NCBI GenBank assembly: GCA_017554545.1
Contig: JAFZIB010000039.1
Span: 1-40,330, forward strand
Length of the DNA: 40,330 nucleotides
Direction: 5' to 3'
From: Clostridia bacterium
Lineage (GTDB): Bacteria; Bacillota; Clostridia; Christensenellales; Borkfalkiaceae
A program made the position numbers and the translations under genes. The notes beneath the pieces are model-generated. The model saw nothing but the letters and a program-made list of their open reading frames with translations, did no database searches and was not told the origin of the DNA. Each line of letters starts with the position of its first letter. Positions within the stretch are counted from its first letter, which is position 1. Below, piece by piece: positions 1 to 8,054 of this stretch.

Positions 1-1205
1 ATTTCGTATTTGGCAGGCGTAGCAGAAACGCAAATCATCTGTCCAACCCTTTGGTCGAATTCCTCGAAAGTTAACGGACGGTTGTCAAAAGCCGATTTTA
101 ATCTAAAACCGTAGTCCACAAGATTAGTCTTTCTAGATTTGTCGCCGTTGTACATTGCGCCTATTTGCGGAATAGTCATATGCGACTCGTCGATAAAGGT
201 TATAAAATCGTTTGGAAAATAATCGAGCAAGGTAAACGGAGGCTCGCCGACCTCTCTACCGTCGAAATATCTACTGTAGTTTTCTATCCCTTTGCAAAAG
301 CCTATTTCCCTAATCATTTCAACGTCGTAATCGGTACGCTGAGCAAGTCTTTGCGCCTCTAAAAGTTTGCCGTCCTCCTTAAAGGCGCGCACTTCGTCGT
401 CTTTGTCGCGCTCGATTAAAACAATCGCCTTGTTCAGTTTTTCTTGTTCTACGGCGTAGTGACTTGCAGGGAAAATTACGGCGTGTTTCAGTTCCGAAAT
501 AACCCTACCCGTAACGAATTCCGCCTCGCAAATTCTATCGATTTCGTCGCCAAAAAATTCTACGCGAATTATAATTTCGGTGTTCGACGAAGGGAACACG
601 TCAACGATATCGCCGTGCACCCTAAACGAAGAACGCGAAAAATCTATATCTTTTCTTGTGTATTGAATAGCCACTAATCTACGCATAAGTTCGTCGCGTT
701 CAATCTTGTCGCCCGGACGGAGAGATAGCGCCAACTTATAGTATTCTTCGGGCGCGCCTAGTCCGTAAATACACGATACCGACGCCACTACGATAGTATC
801 CGTTCTCTCGGCGAGCGAACAGGTTGCCGAGTGGCGAAGTTTATCTATTTCGTCGTTGATAGCCATGTCCTTTTCTATATAGGTATCCGTTTGGGCTATA
901 TAGGCTTCGGGTTGATAATAGTCGTAGTAAGAAACGAAAAATTCTACGCGGTTATTAGGAAAGAACTCCCTAAATTCGTTACAAAGTTGAGCGGCAAGCG
1001 TTTTGTTGTGCGCTATAACGAGCGCAGGACGGTTTACCCTTTCTATAACGTTTGCCATAGTGAAAGTTTTACCCGAACCCGTAACGCCCAAAAGGACTTG
1101 CGTACGCAAGCCGTCGTTAACGCCCTCAACCAACTTTTCGATGGCTTGGGGCTGGTCGCCCGTGGGTTTGAATTTAGATTGAAGTTTAAACTTTCTTTTT
1201 TCCAT
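1..1205 (-). CDS. uvrB: Excinuclease ABC subunit B (UvrB), N-terminal ~400 aa; the rest runs off the left edge
   Basis: Absent from the ORF track because it is open at the window edge. My minus-strand translation from ATG at 1205 reads [32 protein letters not shown]...[37 protein letters not shown]. This is the canonical UvrB N-terminus with Walker A GSGKT. The + strand ORFs 165-362, 444-677 and 831-1358 are antisense shadows of it. Confidence 0.9.
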   Translation of the reverse strand, partial: MEKRKFKLQSKFKPTGDQPQAIEKLVEGVNDGLRTQVLLGVTGSGKTFTMANVIERVNRPALVIAHNKTLAAQLCNEFREFFPNNRVEFFVSYYDYYQPEAYIAQTDTYIEKDMAINDEIDKLRHSATCSLAERTDTIVVASVSCIYGLGAPEEYYKLALSLRPGDKIERDELMRRLVAIQYTRKDIDFSRSSFRVHGDIVDVFPSSNTEIIIRVEFFGDEIDRICEAEFVTGRVISELKHAVIFPASHYAVEQEKLNKAIVLIERDKDDEVRAFKEDGKLLEAQRLAQRTDYDVEMIREIGFCKGIENYSRYFDGREVGEPPFTLLDYFPNDFITFIDESHMTIPQIGAMYNGDKSRKTNLVDYGFRLKSAFDNRPLTFEEFDQRVGQMICVSATPAKYE

Positions 1206-1307
1206 AAAACTCTACTTTTTATTGTGCCTATTTTTACCGTTGACTATACGATTTTAAAGTCTATTAGTAATTATAATGTCAACGGCGAGAGGTTGTCAAT
1301 AAAACCG

Positions 1308-1336
1308 TTGAAAATTTTGTCCTCTTGTGCTAAAAT
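1308..1336 (+). promoter_or_regulatory. Candidate sigma-A promoter for the thioesterase gene
   Basis: TTGAAA (1308-1313), 17-nt spacer, TAAAAT (1331-1336) preceded by TGc (extended -10). AGGAGA RBS at 1343-1348, 6 nt before ATG 1355. Confidence 0.4.
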
Positions 1337-1354
1337 AGGTGTAGGAGAAAAAAG

Positions 1355-1855
1355 ATGAAGGTAATTTCTAAACAATTAAACAGCAAAAACTGTATAATAT
1401 GCGGTATGGAGAACGATTTGGGGCTTAAGGCGTCCTTTTACAATATGGAAGGCGACGTGGTCGCCAGCCTTTTTACCTTTAAGGACAAGCATCAAAGTTA
1501 TCCGGGAAGAACCCACGGCGGTATGATTTCCGCCCTACTCGACGAACTAATGGGCAGAGCGCTTTGGCTAAAGCATCCCGACACCTACGGCGTTACCACG
1601 ACTATGAATATTACCTTTAGAAAGCCCGTTCCCTACGGCGAGCAACTTAAGGCGAAAGCGAGTATAACTAGCGATAGCCCGTTGTGGTTTTCGTCAAAAG
1701 GCTTTATTTACGATAAAGACGATAACTTGTTGGCAGAAGGCTCGGCAAGATACCTAAAACTTTCTAGCGAAAAGGCGTTTGAAAAAGGCGAGAACGCCCA
1801 CGAAGAAATGTGCTATATGATTGACGACGGTATAACCGAAATCGATTTGCCATAA
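1355..1855 (+). CDS. PaaI/4HBT-family hotdog-fold acyl-CoA thioesterase
   Basis: N-terminal NCIICGxENDLGL motif and GRTHGGMISALLDELMG core, both typical of hotdog thioesterases. Good RBS. Confidence 0.7.
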   Translation: MKVISKQLNSKNCIICGMENDLGLKASFYNMEGDVVASLFTFKDKHQSYPGRTHGGMISALLDELMGRALWLKHPDTYGVTTTMNITFRKPVPYGEQLKAKASITSDSPLWFSSKGFIYDKDDNLLAEGSARYLKLSSEKAFEKGENAHEEMCYMIDDGITEIDLP

Positions 1856-1876
1856 TAATATCCGTAACGAAAAGTT

Positions 1877-1918
1877 CCTCCTTTGTCATATTATAATAAT
1901 ATGACAACACTAAGGAGG
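1877..1918 (+). promoter_or_regulatory. Perfect 12+1+12 palindrome (1883-1907) flanked by CCTCC/GGAGG arms, overlapping a mother-cell-sigma-like -10 element, upstream of the collagen-like gene
   Basis: TTGTCATATTAT-a-ATAATATGACAA spans 1883-1907. CCTCC at 1877-1881 is complementary to the SD GGAGG at 1914-1918. CATAttaTA at 1887-1895 fits the SigK-type -10 consensus CATAnnnTA. Confidence 0.45.
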
Positions 1919-1926
1919 ATTTTTTA

Positions 1927-2607
1927 ATGTGCTGTTTATTTGGTTGCAACTGTGGTTGCAACTCTAACAACTGTAATAACAACGTAAGATATATAAGAGG
2001 TCCCGTAGGTCCAACGGGTGCGACCGGTGCAAGAGGTCCTATTGGTCCACAAGGTCCTGTAGGTCCCGTTGGTGCTACTGGTGCTACCGGTCCTATTGGT
2101 CCACAAGGTCCTGTTGGTCCTACCGGTGCTACTGGTGCTACCGGTGCGACTGGTCCTATTGGTCCACAAGGTCCCGTAGGCCCTCAAGGTCCACAGGGTG
2201 AGCAAGGTCCTGCAGGTACTTCTGACGCTATATACGCTGGTAGTAATACCGCAACAATCGGTCAAGGCGATATTATCCCCTTAACCATCATTGCACAAAC
2301 ACCCGACTCTACTATGAGTGTGGCAGGTAACGAGGTAGTGCTTTCCGAGGAGGGAAGTTATTTAGTTTCATTCTTCGTAAACGGCTCGGCAACTACCGGC
2401 GACGTAGAAGTTACCCTCTATCTTAACGGCGCTCCGCTACCTAACGAAGTTATTACGACCAACAACTCTACAGATACTGCTAATTCTTCGGCAAGCAAAA
2501 CCATATTGATTAACGCTGATGCAGATAGTACGCTTTCTATATACAACACGTCGGATAGTGACTTAACCCTTGGCTCTGCCACTATAACCGTGCTTAAAGT
2601 TAGCTAA
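1927..2607 (+). CDS. Collagen-like triple-helix repeat protein with a BclA-type C-terminal domain (exosporium/spore-surface glycoprotein-like) and a Cys-rich N-terminus
   Basis: About 25 uninterrupted GXY triplets ([18 protein letters not shown]...). The C-terminal ~130 aa end in ATITVLKVS (compare the BclA end ATLTIIRLS) with a beta-rich NG/SxT pattern. N-terminus is [27 protein letters not shown] lies 7 nt upstream. Confidence 0.85.
   Translation: MCCLFGCNCGCNSNNCNNNVRYIRGPVGPTGATGARGPIGPQGPVGPVGATGATGPIGPQGPVGPTGATGATGATGPIGPQGPVGPQGPQGEQGPAGTSDAIYAGSNTATIGQGDIIPLTIIAQTPDSTMSVAGNEVVLSEEGSYLVSFFVNGSATTGDVEVTLYLNGAPLPNEVITTNNSTDTANSSASKTILINADADSTLSIYNTSDSDLTLGSATITVLKVS
1999..2223 (+). repeat. 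Coding tandem-repeat tract (GXY triplets with three near-identical GGTCCTATTGGTCCACAAGGTCC units)
   Basis: Near-identical units begin at 2035, 2089 and 2152. Shorter GGTGCTACYGGTGC repeats lie between them. Confidence 0.8.
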
Positions 2608-2613
2608 AGAATA

Positions 2614-2641
2614 AAAACAGACGGCGCACGCCGTCTGTTTT
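2614..2641. terminator. Bidirectional rho-independent terminator between convergent genes
   Basis: Stem CAGACGGC / GCCGTCTG (2618-2625 / 2630-2637), A-run upstream and T-run downstream. It sits between the stops at 2607 (+) and 2640 (-). Confidence 0.75.
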
Positions 2642-3605
2642 ACTGTTTATACACTTTATATTCGTCTTGTTCTACAACGTTAACCGTTATCGTACCGTCT
2701 AAATCGGTACGTAAAATTTCACACTCGGGGCTGAATGCTCTAACTTTATTAATAACGTCTGAACTTGGCAAACTGTACGCGTTATCAGCGCCTACCGTAA
2801 AGATTGCAAGGCTTGGTCTAATCAATTCGGCAAAACTTGTAGAAGTCGAACTGTCGCTACCGTGGTGAGCAACCTTTAACACGTCCACGTTTCGCAAACT
2901 AAATTCCTTAAACACAACCTCGTAGATACCCGAATAATAATAGTACATTAGCCTACTTTCTTGTCCCACGCCTGCGTCGCCGGTAAATAGGAACTTAACG
3001 CCTAAATACTCAAGGAATATTATGGGAGAAAGGTCGTTTTCTTGCGTCCTCGTTGGAAACTTGCTTGCGTTAAACTCCAAGTAATATTCGTCTATATACT
3101 CGTTACCGCAAGGCGATAGAAAATATATTTTATAATCTTTGCCGGACAAGTTCAAAAAGGGCATAGAATACTCTACAATCGCGCATTCCTTACGCAGAGC
3201 GTTCTCAATAGATTTGAATTCTTCGTAACCTTGAGGAGTAGTAATCTTAGGGATAAACGCCCTATCAATTTTATACGAGTCGATAATTTCTTTAGCGTTA
3301 TTAACGTGGTCAGAATTTGGATGAGATAAAACTAAATAGTCTATTTGATTAACTGAATAAGCGCTTAACACGCTCTTTATCTTATTAAGGTTGTCGCCTA
3401 CGTCCTCACCCGTATCGATTAACATATTTTTACCGTCGGGAAGATTAATATAAATGCAATCGCCCGTGCCCACGTCGATAAAATTAACGCTAAGCCCGTT
3501 TTTATACGCGGTAAATTCGTCGGACAAACCTCTACAGCCGAATAGCGTAACTATTAAAAGCAACGATAAAATCAGGCTGGTTAATCTTTTGTGTAAAACT
3601 ACCAT
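2640..3605 (-). CDS. Stand-alone ComEC/Rec2-type metallo-beta-lactamase-fold hydrolase, predicted lipoprotein
   Basis: Signal peptide with lipobox-like LFGC. Motifs FIDVGTGDCIYINLPDGKNMLIDTG, LVLSHPNSDHVNN and VLKVAHHGS are characteristic of the ComEC C-terminal MBL domain. Confidence 0.75.
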   Translation of the reverse strand: MVVLHKRLTSLILSLLLIVTLFGCRGLSDEFTAYKNGLSVNFIDVGTGDCIYINLPDGKNMLIDTGEDVGDNLNKIKSVLSAYSVNQIDYLVLSHPNSDHVNNAKEIIDSYKIDRAFIPKITTPQGYEEFKSIENALRKECAIVEYSMPFLNLSGKDYKIYFLSPCGNEYIDEYYLEFNASKFPTRTQENDLSPIIFLEYLGVKFLFTGDAGVGQESRLMYYYYSGIYEVVFKEFSLRNVDVLKVAHHGSDSSTSTSFAELIRPSLAIFTVGADNAYSLPSSDVINKVRAFSPECEILRTDLDGTITVNVVEQDEYKVYKQ

Positions 3606-4409
3606 TTATTTTCCCTTTTTAATACGCTCCAAGTCGTTTTTAATTTTAGGGATATTCTCAATAGCCTCTCTATAGCCTATTTCGAACATTTTATCTCCTT
3701 CTCTAAAAGACGTTGCCTTAAACGCCGAAAGGTTTGGCTTAAGCACAATATCGGAGTATTTATATCCCGCCTCTTTGGGATTTTCAGACTTTAAATTAAA
3801 AGTTGGAATAAACCTTTCTATAACGCTCGTTTTAGTCTCGTAATTACTTAAATCAACGCCCACTATATAGTCTGCGCCCATACTTTTAACGAGGTCTGCC
3901 GGTATAGAATTGCAAAACGCTCCGTCAACGTATCTTTTGCCGTCGATAACTACCGGCTTAAAATACGGAGGCATACTACTAGACGCGCAAACCGCCCTAG
4001 AAACGTTTCCGCTAGAAAAAACCTTAGCCTCTCCCGTCTCAACGTTGGTCGCCACCGTCATAAACGGTTTTTTTAGGTCCTCGATATTTAGTTCTCCAAG
4101 GTTGCGCTCTATCACGCGGTACAACCCAGAAGTGTCCATATTTAGCATAAAAGCCGATAAAATTTCGCCAAAGTCCAACCTTTTGATAATCTCCACCATA
4201 TCGGTTGAACTGTATCCGTTTGCATAAAAAGCACCGATAATACTACCGATGCTCGTTCCTGAAACGCAAGAAAACTCTATATCGTTTTCTTCAAACGCCT
4301 TTAGCGCCCCAAGTTCGGCAAAGCCTTTTGCCCCACCCGAACCGAGCGCTAGCCCTAATTTAACTTTTTTAGGTTTTTTAAGTCTTGTAAGAAAAGAAAA
4401 AAATCTCAT
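3606..4409 (-). CDS. Patatin-like phospholipase
   Basis: GLALGSGGAKG oxyanion motif, GTSIGS (GxSxG nucleophile) and a DGA(F) catalytic Asp motif. I prefer ATG 4409 (AAGGA 4 nt upstream, no overlap with the upstream gene) over the track's TTG at 4448. Confidence 0.85.
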   Translation of the reverse strand: MRFFSFLTRLKKPKKVKLGLALGSGGAKGFAELGALKAFEENDIEFSCVSGTSIGSIIGAFYANGYSSTDMVEIIKRLDFGEILSAFMLNMDTSGLYRVIERNLGELNIEDLKKPFMTVATNVETGEAKVFSSGNVSRAVCASSSMPPYFKPVVIDGKRYVDGAFCNSIPADLVKSMGADYIVGVDLSNYETKTSVIERFIPTFNLKSENPKEAGYKYSDIVLKPNLSAFKATSFREGDKMFEIGYREAIENIPKIKNDLERIKKGK

Positions 4410-4416
4410 TACGTCC

Positions 4417-5037
4417 TTAATTATCGGTCGAGCCTTTTTTACGCGCAACCTTTACGATAAACGCTATAAGCATAATAAACGCTAGCGCAAATAATATATA
4501 TAAAACCAAGTTTAACGATATTCCAACCGCCTTACAAACTATAGAAAGCAAACATATTAAAATTCCCGCCACGACGTTTCCTAGCACTACGGGAAGAACA
4601 GCCTCTTTAAACTTTAGTCCTAAAAATACGGCAATAGCCGTACCCGTCCAAACGCCCGTCATAGGCAACGGTATTGCAACGAAAATGAATGTGCCCAATT
4701 GCTTTTTAAGCGTTTGGCTGAACTGACGTTTGGTCTTTGCCTCCCTTTGCTCTAGCGTTTGGTCGGCTTTATCTTTAAAATAGTTTTCTACCTTTATAGC
4801 AAATTTATTAAAAACTTTTATCTTTTTTAATAGGTTTAATATAGGAACTAATAAAAAGAATATGGGAAAAAACACCAAAGTAGAACCAACGTACGCTAAA
4901 AAGAACGCCTTAATCACGCTAAATCCTGCCCCCGTTGCAAAAATTATTCCACCTTTAAGTTCAATAAGTGGTATAAAAGACATTATTACCGTGGCTAAGG
5001 TATCGTTTTTTATAAGTTGAGAAATAAACTCGCGCAT
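4417..5037 (-). CDS. Polytopic membrane protein, COG2426 / Sm_multidrug_ex-like (putative small multidrug export family)
   Basis: FIPLIELKGGIIFA and IPLPMTGVWTGTAIAVFLGL resemble the two conserved blocks of that family, with a charged loop between them. Confidence 0.5.
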   Translation of the reverse strand: MREFISQLIKNDTLATVIMSFIPLIELKGGIIFATGAGFSVIKAFFLAYVGSTLVFFPIFFLLVPILNLLKKIKVFNKFAIKVENYFKDKADQTLEQREAKTKRQFSQTLKKQLGTFIFVAIPLPMTGVWTGTAIAVFLGLKFKEAVLPVVLGNVVAGILICLLSIVCKAVGISLNLVLYILFALAFIMLIAFIVKVARKKGSTDN

Positions 5038-5129
5038 AATATTTCCTAAAACGCTTTATTTTTGTTCTAAAAACAAGTATAATGTAAATATCAAAAAAAA
5101 TCAACCCATTAACCAAAAAAGGCGGGCTT

Positions 5130-5873
5130 ATGACCACAAGACAAATGCTTTCTAAATTAAGAAAAGGCATTACTAAATACAAAATGATAAAAGACGGCGA
5201 CAAAATTGCCGTTGGCGTTAGTGGTGGAAAGGATTCGGTTACTCTACTGAAACTTCTTGCCGAATATCAACGCTTTTCGCCCGAAAAGTTCGACCTAATA
5301 GCAATTACTGTTGACCTTAATTTTGCCAACCAGCAAGTTGATTATACTCCAATAAAAAATCTATGCAAACAGTATGAAATTGAATACCACTTAGAAAAAA
5401 CCGATATCGGTCAGGTAGTGTTCGACGTTAGAAAGGAATCTAACCCTTGCGCGCTTTGTTCAAAAATGAGAAAGGGTGCGCTTTACAACGTAGTTAAACA
5501 AAAAGGTTGCAATAAAGTTGCGCTTGGGCACCACTCAAACGACTTGGTAGATACGCTGTTATTATCAATGTTTTACGAGGGTAGGCTTTCTACCTTTGCT
5601 CCCAAAAGTTATCTTGACCGAACCGACCTAACTATGATAAGACCTATGATTATGATAGAGGAGGCGGATATTAAGTCTTACTCTAAAGATTTGCCCGTAG
5701 TAAAAAGTTGTTGCCCTGCAAACGGCGTAACCAAACGGGAATACGTTAAAGATTTATTAAAGGAAATCTCTAAGCAAATCCCCAACGTTAGAGAAATGCT
5801 GTTTACGGCGCTTATCCATCCCGAACGATACAGCCTTTTTGACAAGTACGAAAAGGAAATAGATAAATTTTAA
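5130..5873 (+). CDS. ttcA: PP-loop ATPase, TtcA-like tRNA 2-thiocytidine synthetase family
   Basis: SGGKDS PP-loop (VGVSGGKDSVTLL), NPCALCSKMRKG and GHHSNDLVDTLLLSMFYEG blocks, and a C-terminal CCP motif. Confidence 0.65.
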   Translation: MTTRQMLSKLRKGITKYKMIKDGDKIAVGVSGGKDSVTLLKLLAEYQRFSPEKFDLIAITVDLNFANQQVDYTPIKNLCKQYEIEYHLEKTDIGQVVFDVRKESNPCALCSKMRKGALYNVVKQKGCNKVALGHHSNDLVDTLLLSMFYEGRLSTFAPKSYLDRTDLTMIRPMIMIEEADIKSYSKDLPVVKSCCPANGVTKREYVKDLLKEISKQIPNVREMLFTALIHPERYSLFDKYEKEIDKF

Positions 5874-5895
5874 ATTTAAATATAAAACCTAAAAG

Positions 5896-5917
5896 AAGAA
5901 CGCCCTAAGGCGTTCTT
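5896..5917. terminator. Bidirectional rho-independent terminator (ttcA-like / hisIE)
   Basis: Stem AAGAACGCC / GGCGTTCTT with loop CTAA. T-runs follow on both strands. Confidence 0.75.
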
Positions 5918-6568
5918 TTATTTTGTCATTTTTTCTTGCTTAACTTTTTTGTCAATAACGTGGCGAGAGGCAAGTTCTTTATGAATATCTTCTAAAGAAA
6001 TTGCCATTTGTATCATCAATACTAAAGTATGATAAGTAAGGTCTGCTATTTCGTAAATGGTTTCCTTTTTATCGTCGGCTTTAGCGGCAATTATAACCTC
6101 GGTACACTCCTCGCCTACTTTCTTTAATATTTTATCAATGCCTTTTTCAAACAGATATGTAGTGTACGAGCCTTCGGTCTTTTCAATTTTTCTGCCCTCG
6201 ATAAGTTTAACTAGCGCTTGCAAAGAAAACTCTTTTCTTTCGTCGTTTAAATAAACGGGATTAAAGAAACAACTCTTTTCGCCGGTATGACAGGCAGGGC
6301 CTTCGGGTTCAACCATAACGACTAACGCGTCGTTATCGCAATCTGCAGTAATTGAAACTACGTGTTGGTAGTTACCGCTAGTTTCGCCTTTAAGCCATAA
6401 TTCTTGCCTAGAACGGCTATAAAAACAAGTTAAGTTCTTTTCCATAGTTATTTTTAGGCTTTCTTCGTTCATATAAGCAAGAGTTAAAACTTCTTTACTT
6501 ACCGCATCTACTACTATTGCCGGAATTAAGCCGTTTTCGTCAAATTTAAGATTTTTAATTTCTAACAT
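5918..6568 (-). CDS. hisI: Bifunctional phosphoribosyl-AMP cyclohydrolase / phosphoribosyl-ATP pyrophosphatase
   Basis: The HisI block is [27 protein letters not shown]...[10 protein letters not shown]. It is followed by a HisE helical domain ([11 protein letters not shown]...[11 protein letters not shown]). Confidence 0.93.
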   Translation of the reverse strand: MLEIKNLKFDENGLIPAIVVDAVSKEVLTLAYMNEESLKITMEKNLTCFYSRSRQELWLKGETSGNYQHVVSITADCDNDALVVMVEPEGPACHTGEKSCFFNPVYLNDERKEFSLQALVKLIEGRKIEKTEGSYTTYLFEKGIDKILKKVGEECTEVIIAAKADDKKETIYEIADLTYHTLVLMIQMAISLEDIHKELASRHVIDKKVKQEKMTK

Positions 6569-6581
6569 AATGCACCTCTTA

Positions 6582-7340
6582 TTATAATCTCACTAAAATA
6601 TCGTTGTCTTTTAACGCTTTTTTAAGTTCGTTAATTCTTACTTCGCCAAAATGGAAAATCGAAGCGGCAAGCCCCGCGTCAACTTTAGGTAAAGTTTTAA
6701 ATAGTTCTATAAAATCTTCTACTTTACCTGCGCCACCCGACGCTATTACGGGAACGGATACGATATCGCAAACGGCTTTTAGCATTTCTAAATCAAAGCC
6801 TTTTTTAACGCCGTCGGTATCAATAGAATTTAAAACTATTTCGCCCGCGCCGTTATCTACGCCCCTTTTTATCCACTCTAGCGCGTCCATTCCGGTGTTT
6901 TCTCGCCCACCTTTAGCAAACACCTTAAAAACGCCGTCAACTCGTTTAACGTCGGCAGATAGTACTACGCATTGGTCACCGTATCTTTTGGCGGCTTCGT
7001 AAATAAGGCTTGGATTTTTAATAGCGCCCGAATTGACACTCACTTTATCTGCACCGCATTTAAGCACCCTATCAAAATCGTTTAATGTGTTTATTCCGCC
7101 ACCGACAGTTAAAGGTATAAATATAGTGCTTGCAACTTCTTTTAAAATATCGGTAAAAATCGCTCTATCTTCGCTAGACGCGGTTATATCGTAAAACACT
7201 AGTTCGTCAGCGCCGTTATCGCTGTAATACTTACCAAGTTCAACGGGCGAAGAAACGTCCAATAAACCAGTAAAGTTTACGCCTTTAACTACCCGACCGT
7301 TTTTTACGTCTAAACAAGGTATAATTCTTTTAGTTATCAT
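6582..7340 (-). CDS. hisF: Imidazole glycerol phosphate synthase cyclase subunit
   Basis: [17 protein letters not shown] start and [12 protein letters not shown] and ASGGAG blocks. Confidence 0.95.
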   Translation of the reverse strand: MITKRIIPCLDVKNGRVVKGVNFTGLLDVSSPVELGKYYSDNGADELVFYDITASSEDRAIFTDILKEVASTIFIPLTVGGGINTLNDFDRVLKCGADKVSVNSGAIKNPSLIYEAAKRYGDQCVVLSADVKRVDGVFKVFAKGGRENTGMDALEWIKRGVDNGAGEIVLNSIDTDGVKKGFDLEMLKAVCDIVSVPVIASGGAGKVEDFIELFKTLPKVDAGLAASIFHFGEVRINELKKALKDNDILVRL

Positions 7341-8049
7341 TTGCCACCTCGATTGCTTGCTTTATAGAAATTGCCCCCGTGTAATAAGCCTTGCCTATTA
7401 TTGCGCCGTAAAGATTATAACTTGATAAAATTTTAACGCCTTCTATATCCGAAACGCCACCCGACGCTATAAAATCCATAGAAAATTCTTCTCTTAACTT
7501 TTTATACAACTCGTAATTCGCGCCTTGCATTGCGCCGTCTTTAGAAATATCCGTGCAAATTACAGTTTTTACGCCTATTTTTTCAAGTTGTCTTAAAAAG
7601 TCAAACGCGTTTAGCTTAGATTTTTCCGTCCAACCTTTTATTGCAACAAAACCGTCTTTAATATCAACGCCAACGGCTATTTTTTCTTTATAGCGAGAAA
7701 CGGCCTCTTTTAAAAATTCCGTATCGGTAACGGCGGCAGTTCCGAGTATAACGCGATTAACGCCTATCGAAAGATATTTTTCAACGACTTCTAAACTTCT
7801 AACTCCACCGCCTACTTCTATAAACATATCAGCGCTTTGCACTAATTTTTTTATCGTTTCTAAAGAAGGCGTATCTCCGGTTTTTGCGCCTTCGAGGTCA
7901 ACCACGTGCATATATTTTGCACCTTGCTTTTTAAAGTCTAAAGCAATTTCTACGGGGTTTTCACTATACACCGTCATTTGAGCGTAATCGCCTTTATATA
8001 ATCTTACGGCTTTGCCGTCGTATAAATCTATTGCAGGAAAAATTTTCAC
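7330..8049 (-). CDS. hisA: ProFAR isomerase
   Basis: IFPAIDLYDGKAVRLYKGDY start, TDISKDGAMQG and ASGGVS blocks. Confidence 0.93.
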   Translation of the reverse strand: MKIFPAIDLYDGKAVRLYKGDYAQMTVYSENPVEIALDFKKQGAKYMHVVDLEGAKTGDTPSLETIKKLVQSADMFIEVGGGVRSLEVVEKYLSIGVNRVILGTAAVTDTEFLKEAVSRYKEKIAVGVDIKDGFVAIKGWTEKSKLNAFDFLRQLEKIGVKTVICTDISKDGAMQGANYELYKKLREEFSMDFIASGGVSDIEGVKILSSYNLYGAIIGKAYYTGAISIKQAIEVANDN

Positions 8050-8054
8050 TTTAT

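Noticed and set aside
831-1358. Long + strand ORFs antisense to real genes: 165-362, 444-677, 831-1358, 6604-7002, 10554-11012, 11893-12258, 17243-17734, 24991-25362, 36397-36918 and others.
   Set aside because: Each lies fully inside a confidently recognised gene on the opposite strand (uvrB, hisF, hisD, hisG, ABC exporter, yajC, frr/uppS). Their translations are low-complexity S/T/A/L/F-rich strings with no motifs, RBS or promoter. They are shadow ORFs.
1936-2265. 109-aa minus-strand ORF ([16 protein letters not shown]...) across the collagen repeat.
   Set aside because: It is the reverse-complement reading of the GXY repeats. The forward frame has the SD, the start and a recognisable BclA C-terminal domain.
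3606-4409. The patatin-like phospholipase as a CBASS-type or other anti-phage defence effector.
   Set aside because: No cyclase, SAVED/CARF, TIR or E1/E2-like partner genes are adjacent. The neighbours are a membrane protein and an MBL lipoprotein, and the flanks are housekeeping genes.
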